Origin: Tubiluchus corallicola
Lineage: Eukaryota > Animalia > Priapulida
DNA: 64,000 nt
Reading direction: 5' to 3'
Assembly: GCA_030141605.1 (NCBI GenBank)
Contig: JAQGDQ010000144.1
Location: 248,001-312,000, forward strand
Part shown: positions 39,101-50,200 of the stretch, one piece after another
Layout of the letters: the number at the start of each line of letters is the position of its first letter
How positions within the stretch are numbered: position 1 is the stretch's first letter
Position numbers and translations under genes: made by a program
The notes under the pieces: model-generated
Seen by the model: only the letters and a program-made list of their open reading frames with translations
What the model was told of the DNA's origin: nothing
The model's database searches: none

Positions 39101-42100
39101 CACAAATACGACCATTTTCTTAAAGATTAGAGGTATTGTGGGGAAATAACAACAACATGGATTGCTGCAATGTCGGAAGCATCCATGTTGCTGGTCAATT
39201 TTTAAAATACTTCAACAAACTTTTGTTGCTGCAAGCTTTAACTGTATAATAAGTCGTATTCTTACATAGCATCTAATTTTGAAGAGCGCTTTTATGTTGT
39301 CACTCATAACAGTTGATGAAATGAACAACGTTTTTTATAGGTTACTAGTTATGTCCGGCTACCTGGCTATAACTGTGGCGGCTTGAAAGAAGGCCACGAG
39401 TATCGCTTCCGTGTTTTTGCGGAAAATAAATATGGCATTTCAGACCCCCTGGAAGTGGACAACTCTGTCATAGCAAGACATAAATTCAGTAGGTTTTTTT
39501 GCAATAATACTTTTCAAAGTTGACTATAACTGTCAAGAAATCGATCCACTGGTTTTTTTAATAATTTCTTAGTTTTTTAAGAATATATAGTTTGCAAAAT
39601 ATATGATTTGTTAGTAATGGAGTTCTTTTATTGTAGATGTACCTAACTCACCTGGAAAGCCTGTAATTCAAGATTTTGACGAAAAATCTGTCCATCTCAT
39701 GTGGGACGCACCGGTCAGTGATGGTGGATCACCCATCCAGGGATACAAGGTGGAGTACCGAAATCCTGGCGACCGCATGTGGACGAATGCATTCACCTAC
39801 ATGCTTACAGAACGTAAAGCAGAAGTTATGAACTTGCGAAATGCGGCTCCGTATGAATTCCGCATTTTTGCGCGTAATCTGGCTGGATTTAGTGAACCGA
39901 GTGACATGTCAGATACTGTTACGCTTCATCCAAAAGTTGAGCCCCCATCCTCACCTGGACAACCAGAAGTTGTTCATCTTGGTAACACTTACGTTGAGCT
40001 AAAATGGGACGAACCGCACTCAGACGGTGGCAGCCCTGTTAAAGGTTACATATTAGAACGGAGGGAAATTGTCTCAGCAGCCACCAGTGTTAGGCGGCAG
40101 AAGCGCATGTCCGGACAGGAAGGCTTTGGTCGTCGCCGTTCAGCTGCTGAGAGCTTCGACCGACGATGGTCCCATGAAAAACGGCGATCCGTAATGGAAG
40201 AGTATGAAGAATATACTTACGCGACATCGTTCATGGAAAAACGTGGCCTGGAGAAAGCTTATTCGGCCGTATGGATAAAAGATACGGATGCACTGATTCC
40301 GCAAAATTCCTACACAGTAACTAATCTACCTCGGAATTCAGAGTATGAGTTCCGAGTCATTGCAGTAAATGAAGCAGGAAATAGTGATGCAAGCCCAAGT
40401 ACAGGTGCTGTTCGCATTAAAGAAGTCGTTGGTAAGTGAAATCTAGTCGTATTTACTCTAATTGACTTACTTGTATACCCAAAAAACTTTACCAATCAAA
40501 TACATCTTTAAACATGATTCTGGTATGAAGTTAAGCTGAGAAAGGAGTTACAATATGATCTTATGTAGCAAAATTTAATTTAAAGTTGTACTTTGTTTTC
40601 CTAGTGCCTGTACCTCCTACAGTTACCACAAGGCTTACAACAATAAACACCAGTCTTCGCAAGTCTGTGACACTACGTTGTGCTGGAACTGGTACTCCAA
40701 CCCCACAGGCTAGATGGTATACGTTTATCTTAACTGTTTCTTAGTTATCAGCTTTAAATTAGTTAAATAGATGTAGAGTAGTTATATATATTGTGTAGCA
40801 GTAAAATGTTCATGAACTGTGGGGGATTATTGTTTGCTGAATGTATTGTGTTATGTTTCATTATGTTGTCTTCTCGTGTGTTATGTTGAGTTTGTTGTGC
40901 TGTGTTGTGTTGTGTTGTGCTGTGTTGTGCTGTGTTGTGTTGTTTCGTGTTGTGTTATTCTAAGTTATGTTGCGCTGTTACATTGTTTATGGCTTTTTAT
41001 ATTACATATTAGGTATCGCAATGGTATTGAGGTGACACCCACGTCTCGCGTACGTATAAAACATGATGGTGACAAATACATTCTTCACATTGGTGAGGTC
41101 TGGGAGGCCGATGAGGGTGAATATACCTGTGAACTTAAAAACCAAGCTGGAGTTGATTCAACTGTCGGCAAACTTAACATAAGCTGTAAGTTTACCACTC
41201 GTTATATATTTATGTTTAATAGAGATAATCTGATATGCATCCTTTAAAACTAAAGCTAGGGTCTCAATATCTGAAAATATCTGTGTGAATTTTTGAGTAC
41301 TTAACTTTCTAATTTTAATGAAGTTTTGCTTGTTAGCTGAATTACGTTCATAATGACAGAAACAAATATTTGTTTTGTTTCTTATTTTCTTGTGTATAAC
41401 ATGGAATAACAAGAATTACGACAATTAATAAAAAAATGCACCAGTGTAAACTGTCTTCAGACGAATGAAAAAAAAATAGAAGAAAAAGATCACAAAATAC
41501 CTCTTTTCTTAGTTTGAATCAGATTTCAAATGTAAGTATACATATTCCACATTTGGCAGTATTCTTCACTATAATTCCAGTACCTGCAGTCTACAGTGTA
41601 TGTAATACACCCAAGTTTCTATATTTAGCACCTCCGAAAATAGAGGAGCATCCAATGAACTACAAGTTCAAAGTTGGAGATCTAATCAAAGTGAAAATAT
41701 ATTTCATCGGAACCCCTCCATTTACCGTTAAAATCGACAAAGATGGCGAACGCTTGTTGGAAAGCGACGTGGTCAAGTACAGCGTGTTTGATAACTTTGT
41801 CATGATGTCTATATACTCGGCTAAACGTACGGATGGTGGCGATTATACAGTAAATGTTAGCAACGAAAGTGGAATGGCCAGCTCCGGATTCACAGTTAAA
41901 GTTGTTGGTATGTTCCTTACTAGCCAAAAATTTTACAGATCATTATTCTTTTGCTGTAGAGATGTTGTCATTTCTACAATTAAGCTGACACATTATCATT
42001 AGATTTTTCAATTAAAATAATGTCCTTTAGAGCAAAATTCACTTAATGTATGTTTTTCATAACACATTTCATTTTTAAAGGACCACCAACCATCCCTGTT

Positions 42101-45100
42101 GGACCACTAAATGTGTTTGATGTCTCCAAGCACATGGCCACATTGTCATGGAAACCACCAAAAGACGATGGTGGCAACAAGGTGACCCATTACTGCGTAG
42201 AGAAACGGGAAGCTGGCAGGAGTGGCTGGATTATTGCTGCCTCTTATTGCAAGGACACCATGTTCATAGTTCAGGTAAGAGTAGATATAATTACTTTTCG
42301 TCAATTTTAAGGAATCGAATTATAACTAATTATATGCCAATTTTATATGGTGCTGGCCTTCTATCTTTTAATATGACTGTATGTTTTATAGGGCTTGACA
42401 GAAAATAAGGAATATGAGTTCCAAGTCAGCGCTTGCAGTGAAAATGGACAAAGTGAACCATTGCAGGGTACCACGCCTGTTATTGCAAAACTACCTTTTG
42501 GTATGATAAATTCTCACATCTATAATACTAATATGAACAATTTTTCAAATAAAATAGACTTTGAAAATGGAATTCATTGGTTTCAAATAATACTGTTCAT
42601 TGTCAAGGCATCTATAACGAAAGAATTGATAGAATTTAGAAACAACTTCGAAGTACAATTCTGTAGTTAAAAGTCAAATTATGTGTGATATAATATATGT
42701 ATATAATTCAATCTATTTACCTTACTGACTATACATCTTGATTAGTATGAAACTATTTAACACTCTAGAAACAAAACATTATGTTAGTTGTAATAGAACT
42801 GTCAGTTTTAAAGAGGGCTGCCATTTTGTCAGTGAATTCCACTAATTAATACTGTTAGTGCTGTACAAGCTGAAGTGCATTTCAGCAGCGGAAAGTGCAC
42901 ATATTCATCTTACCAGTTTAGCTTAGGTCAGATGTGTTTTATGTGCAAGGCTTCCAGTATTGCCAAATCACCATGAATATATCCTTTGCCTAAGATTTTA
43001 ACATTGTTTGACGTCTATGAAACCTATGTGTTATTCTACCACGTTCAACCCTACTGGATGTAAAATCTTGACTTGTACAGCCAACTTAAGAATCATTGCA
43101 TGATTCACATTTAAAATGGTACACCAGATTAGACTTGACAAATAGTCTTTAGCAAGCAGTTATAATATCTGAAATATACTTAGTGTAACAAAACAGCAGT
43201 AATATTTATGCATTTCAGATCCACCCGGTACACCAGGCATACCTGAGATATCACAGGTCGGCGGTGATTTTGTTAGTCTTACCTGGGCTAGACCTGAGTC
43301 TGATGGAGGGGGAAAGATTCTTGGTTAGTTGCATTCTGTTTCTATTAATCTTTTGATCTTGTGAATTGTGATGTATAATAATCCTTTCAGTTAAATGATT
43401 ACAGGAAAAACATTGACAGGCAGCAAATAATATATCATTAATATTGTTCGTATAGATTTCGTTTGTTTTGTAAATTTTGAACAAAAATAACTTCTTTACA
43501 TGAAGAAGTATTTGACTCGTAATACTTCCTGTAATATTAGTCATAATCTTCAAAGTAATTATCTAGGAAACAGTCGTAATCATATTCTTCTTTCAATTTT
43601 AACAGATCATCGTAATCATTCTTTTCCTCAAGTACTTAATTGTCAAGATTTATCAAGTTAGCAGCATTACACACCTAAACTTTAATTGTAATATTAGAAG
43701 TAACTTTCAATTCTGCTGTTTGCATACTCTATATTTAAATAAGGTTTTACAAATGCTATCTGTACCATAGTGGTACTTATCTGGCTACTCATAATCATGT
43801 GCATGTGTATAGACATATTTATACAGGGCTTTTGCCCTTCTGCAAATTGTAGTTATTGTTAGTTCAAATAAACTAAATGTTTTAATTTTAACTGTCTGTC
43901 TTATTTAGGGTACTTAATTGAGAAGCGTGAAGTACAGCAGGAGAACTGGTTACGCTGTAATCAAGAACTATGCAAACCTACAATATACAACGTGCACAAT
44001 CTGGTAGAGGACAGGCAGTACGAGTTCCGTGTCTTTGCTGTAAATGAAGCCGGACTTAGCGAGCCATCCACTAATTCCACTACAGTCCGTGTCAAAGATC
44101 CCAATGGTATTTATTTTCACAGTACAATATATTCCGTTTAATAGTAAATCTACCTTGGGGTGAAGCTGAATGGATTCATTAACTGGCTCGATTTATAACC
44201 TGAAGAAACCTATTAAGTAGGGTTTTCTATGCTATTACAGCAGGTATTGCTAATTTTTGAAGCCGGTTCTCTTAACACTCCGCAAACTGCTTTCAAAAAA
44301 TGTTTAAGTTAAATGCAATGATTTATTAATGGTAAAGTATGTATTGTTTGTCTGTGATGCCATTACGTTTTATATGTAATAAGCTGCTTGCAAAATAAAA
44401 ATACAATGCATATAACTTTCATATCAGCAGCAATAATCCACATTCCTTTATTTGAGTCACTCACATTTTCGCGCAAAATAATTCATCAGCAAGAATTAGC
44501 ATCATCGTTTAGCATAATTAAATCTCTCATCTTGAATTTGAGTGATGCTTCTGCTTTAGACTGCTAAAGACAAAGAATTAGGTGGAAAAATGCAAAGATG
44601 TAAAACATGCTTATGACAAAGATGCTAACCTAGTGCAAGTTAAAAAGCAGGACAATTGTGTGGTCATTTTGTTGTCTACAAAGCATGCAAGGTGGATTTA
44701 TAAAGCGAAATTTGGATTTAATAAATGGCAGATTTTACTGGCAGATCTGTTCCAGCCATAGTTGCCACAAAAAGTGGCTAGTTTATTATCTGTGAACTGA
44801 TTCTACTGTGCTATCTTTCTTGACTTCTGTGACATCATAAAGGGGAATGTGCAAATTAAACTACTAAACATCCACTTGTTATTTTCATAAAACTGTAAAA
44901 AAGTTACTTTAAAGAAGAAGTGCTAAGATAGCTAAGATGGCAAAGAAAGTGTGGCTTATGCATTAGGTATTGTGTTCAAATCCATGGTTCATTTTTTTCA
45001 GCATTCTTTTTAATAAATTAGCTGTTAGGTTAATTGTTATTCATTTAGCAGTTTCATTTATTAATTCTGATTAATTCATAAATAAAATAAATTCTGAAAT

Positions 45101-47235
45101 CTTGAAATCTATGTTTTTAATATGATATGTAAATATTTCTCTACTGTAACATGTATTTCATTTATTTTAGCGCCTCAGCTACCGGAATTCACTATCCACC
45201 TGAAGAATGTTGTCGCTACCCAAGGCAAAGATGCAACATTTGAATGTGAAGTGTTTGGTTCAGCAGATACAGTCATTCACTGGTTTAAAGGAACCAGGGA
45301 GATATTTGGTGGTCTGAAGTACAAGGTGTTTAAGGAAGGTTATCGTCACACCCTCATTGTTACCGATGTCTATGGTGAGGATGCGGATGAATACGTGTGC
45401 CGTGCAGTAAATTCTGCAGGTTCCCGTGCTTCTCGAGCAGATCTAGTTATAAAAAGTAAGCTTTAGATTTAGACCTTTTTCATTACGTATTTCACTTTTG
45501 CACCTTTTAATTCTCGTAAAATGGTGTTAATAGCCTGTTTGCGTATTTGCTATTTTTTAAGTTTCTGCGGTAAGTAAAAATTCCAAAAAGTTTGTTTTAT
45601 TTAATAAAAGCTGCATTCATGTATTACTGATTACTAACTATTTAACCACATGCTTACTTATTATATTGATGTCTGTGAGTCACAAGAGTAACATATCATG
45701 ATTGTCACAAATTTGTATGTCTGTAAAAATAGCAGCTATTAAGAAAAATAGCAACAGTTATAATAATTTTGGTGAAGCAGTGCTAAGCCTGTTACATGAA
45801 TAGATGAGTGACTGCCAGAAAAGCAGCTTTGGACTTTCTTTCATTAGGGATATTTTTCTTGGCTAAAGTTTAAAAATTCCCCATACACAACAAATTAGTT
45901 TGTTAAGCTGATTAGGATTAGTGTTAGGATTAGGATTATGTTAGGATTGGTGTTGGGATTAAGGGTTGGGATTAGTGTTAGGTTTAAGGTTAGGTTAGGG
46001 TTAGGGTTGGGTTAGTGTTAGTGTTGTGGTTAGGGTTAGGGTTAGGGTATTTAAATTGTGCCGGGAATTGTAAGCGCCTCCCTTTTTCGTAATATGAATA
46101 TTTCACTGACTAAAAATTAGTAAAAAATGTTTGTAGCAGCTTGTACGCTCCACTATATTTACTTGCTGTTGGCTGTTTCAGCACCACCGCAGATTCTGCT
46201 ACCACCACGATTCAAGGACGTGGCACTGTTTGAGAAAGGAGAAACCGTTGTCGTGAAGCTTCCGTTCACTGGTTATCCAAAACCAGAAGCTTGGTGGACA
46301 CACGCTGGTGAAGAGATGGAGAATAGTGAAAAGTATCAGATCGAAACCATTGAGCGTCATTCTGTTTTGACTATCAGGTATCTGATGAATTGTTCTTTTA
46401 ATAAACAAAGTTTAAAAAACTATGTTAAGTTCAAAGTGTAATATAAAAAAACCAAGTAAGTCGTTGTTGTTTTGTTAAAGTGACTATATTATAGAGGAAT
46501 TGTCCTACAATTAACATGAGTTGTACGATAGCGTAAAATATGATACTGTGCATTGTAATTATTTACAAATACAATTACCACATTTCTGTTGAAGAGCACT
46601 GAACTCCACTGTTGTCTGCACTTGCAAATTTAATGCTTATTGTGAAGTAGCTAATTTATTTCGAATCAGTTTTAATGAAAAGCTGAATGTGTTAATTATA
46701 AGTAAATTATGTGTAATTGCAATATTTGTAGCTGACTAGAGAAAAACTTGCTTATATCAATTTCGCTAATGCATTTGATTCTGCCAGACTTACAATTTTT
46801 ACTTCCTAACAGAGATACAACTAGAGAAGATACTGGAATATACAGACTGTTTTTGGAGAATGACTTGGGCAGTGACAGTGCTGTTGTGAAGATTCAAGTA
46901 AACGGTATGTCAAAGTAAATTGTATTTTGTGTATCAAACTCATCTAAGCGACTTAGTACAAATACAGAGCAGAACTGTTTCGCGTAGCTGTAATTTGTTT
47001 AGTAATGTTCATAACATTTTACGCCCTGTTACTTGCATAATATTCTGTTTTGTTTTAGATCGTCCTAGTCCACCACGTTTCCCCCTCGTGGAGAACATAA
47101 AAGATACATCAGTTACGTTGTCATGGAAACCACCACTAAGCGATGGAGGTAGCTTTATCACTGAATACATTATTGAGATTCTGGAGCCGCCATTAGAAAA
47201 CTGGATTCGTATAAGCAATACTAGGTATGTGTGTG

Positions 47236-47283
<48 letters not shown>

Positions 47284-50200
47284 TGTGTGCGTGTCTGTGA
47301 GTATTCAGAAGAATCAACTGTATAGAATCAGATTAATTAACCTTTTTATTATAAAACTTGATCAACATTTGTTTATCAACATAAGTTATTTGCATGAGAG
47401 ATGTTTATATTATAGCATGTTAGATTTCCTAAGATTTGTACTGAAGTTATTGTGGAACACAATTTATGGGTGACTAATTTTAATATGTTCTGCTTTTGAG
47501 AAGCCTCTCAAATTGAAATAAATTGTAATTTTTATCTCAGTACATTCTTGCGTTCACTCTTGATTTACCTGTCTACAACTAATCACCTGTTTTAGACTCA
47601 CTCACCACACCATCCTGAACTTGGCACCTAACAAACAGTATCAATTCCGCGTGTTTGCCGAGAATTTTTACGGCAGAAGTGATCCATGTGAAGCAACGGC
47701 AACAATCAGAACTCAAGAGCATGAAGAGTACAAGAAGCGAAAACACTACATGGAAGGTACTTAATAATTTACAATGTTCGTATTTTATAAATACTGTATA
47801 AGAGATTTTTTGTGAATAGAAAAAAGTGTCATTTTAAGGCTATATTCAATACATTATTTGGTGGCTGCTGTATATAATATTTGAGATCTGAGGCTACCTT
47901 CAAACTATAAATGGTTAGTGTATCATTGTTTCAGTACATCAGTATCTCATCTCAGAAGATCAGAAGTTGAATATTTACTATAACTAGGTTCCAGTCCTGC
48001 TATGGTACAATGGTATAGCAAGTGCTTGTGCTGCCTGGAGGCAACAAAATTCTGGCACCCTTTGTTTTTAATGTTAGCCAAAAATTGTGCATGTTTTTTT
48101 TGTGTTCCTGAGCCCCATTTTTCCTTTGCAACATAATGGGATAGAGATAAATGAATTTCTTCTAAGAATCACATTGAATATGATTTGCAGTACTGCACCA
48201 GAAAAACTCTTCTATGCACTGGTCTACGAAAGTTGCTCATAACATGACAGTCGTTAAACATTCAACACCAGCAATAAAACTTGCAGTGAAATATACAGAA
48301 CACTACAGGTTTTTACAATAATACAATTGGCATTTAGCGAAATGCCACTGTTTCTCCCAAAATTATTGATCTGTTAAGCCATGCGCCACTATACACACCT
48401 AGTTAAGTAACAACATTAGCTTTTTGAGACTATACATAGTAATGATCTCTACTAGACAGTTTTGCTGTAGTTTGAAAACTTTTGTTAACTGCTAATGCCT
48501 GATTAGTAATTAATGAAAAATTACTAATCCGTCTGTCCGGGGATGATTGCATCTGTTACCCCTTCTGCGGCTATAGCCATCAACGTAAAAAGTAAGTCTT
48601 CCTTCTAAATGCTGGATTCTAGGTTGTAGCGGTCCGAGGTAAAGGAATTTTTTTTAGCATGTTAGCGCTGGTTCTACATTCATGATTTTTTTCAGATGAG
48701 GAAGGTCGCAGAATTAGGGGCAAGGGAACAAGACTGGCCAATTACGATCAATGCGGTGAGTAATAATTAATATGAAGATCTGTATCAAACATATCACAAC
48801 TTCTCATTACTTTGCTTGAATTAAATTTACAAAAAAAAGTATTGTGTCTAATATCATTGAGTGCAACTTTGGCGAAAATCTAAATGTTTGATTGTAGTCT
48901 TGTAATGAAATACTAATGTATTTTTTTTGCATTATCAATAAGGTCATACCTGAAATTTTTGGAGCTTTAGTTTTTCTAGCAGAACTTTTGCGAAGCTTTT
49001 AATCAGCTAGTTATTAAGATTACATCTTTTTCTCTTGTTTTTCTTTCAGTATTTGATTATTATGAGAAATATCTGCCTCATCCAGTTGAGATCAGATTTG
49101 GCGACAGTGTTTACGATTATTATGAAATACTCGAAGAAATTGGAGTGTAAGTATTTCAGCAATACACGCATTAATTTTATTGAACTAGTTGCAGTTATTA
49201 ATTTATTGAATTATTAGCAAAAGTACATGAAGTGATATTCATTTCATACTATGTATGCTTTAGTTTTTGTATTCTAAGTTAAAATAAAGCATTAAAATTA
49301 ATGTTATGTGATTTCAGTGGTGCATTTGGTGTCGTTCATCGCTGCATTGAGAAATCAACCGGTAATGTTTTTGCTGCTAAATTTGTTATGTGCTCTCATC
49401 CGACCGAGAAAGCTGCAATCAGACACGAGATAGAAATCATGAATCAGTTACATCATCCCAAGTTATTGCGATTACATGATGCTTTCGACGAATATGATGA
49501 GATGGTTCTTATTATGGAATTGTAAGTGCTACTTACAATGATAATAAAGTCTATAATTTAGTTATAGAATTGTAAGTTTGTGCCAGATTCACAATATAGA
49601 AGGATCAGGATTTTGGCTTAGTCTAAACAGAGAGTGGAGCTAGTCGTTTTCATTCAGAATGCAAAAAACAACTACTATCACTTTCAAAGTCCACCTAGAG
49701 GAACCATTTTTTTAACACTGATCGTTCAAAACTAGTCTGTTGACCACCTAAGTTAAGATCTCTGCGGTAAAAATATTCAAATGTCAGAAAATCAGTTTGG
49801 TAGTGATAAATATATCCATTAATGTTGTTTATGTTTTCAAAGCATCCAAATGTCCAGAAAAGAACATTACAGACAAGAGACCCGGGGAAAAAATTTGATT
49901 CATAATCAGTCTATGAATATATAAATAAGGTTGTCTAATATTCAAGTACAGGTTCTTTTGTTTACATATTTCGACGTTCTAGATTTTGAAACAGAATTTA
50001 ATTTCCTTTCAAAAAAAAAGTTTCAAAGTTTCAAGTGCCGTAAAACCTTTTCAGCATTTTAATAAGTTAAATGAAAAATTTGTATGTAATTTTGTAATTC
50101 ATGTATAATTTGTATAAGAGAAATTTTGTAAAATTGCCTAAGTGGTAGCTTCTATTAAAAATATTTATCCTATTTATCATATCATGTAAACTGTAGAGAA

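Noticed and set aside
40071-40262. The Fn3 insertion as an unrecognised intron or exitron
   Set aside because: Exon-like GC content, no polypyrimidine tract and no convincing phase-compatible donor/acceptor pair, unlike every real intron in this window.
40819-41012. Cys/Val-rich ORF N-termini ([10 protein letters not shown]; also CVRACVRA at 47231-47300 and HARTHART at 47009-47317)
   Set aside because: Translations of microsatellites, not protein domains.
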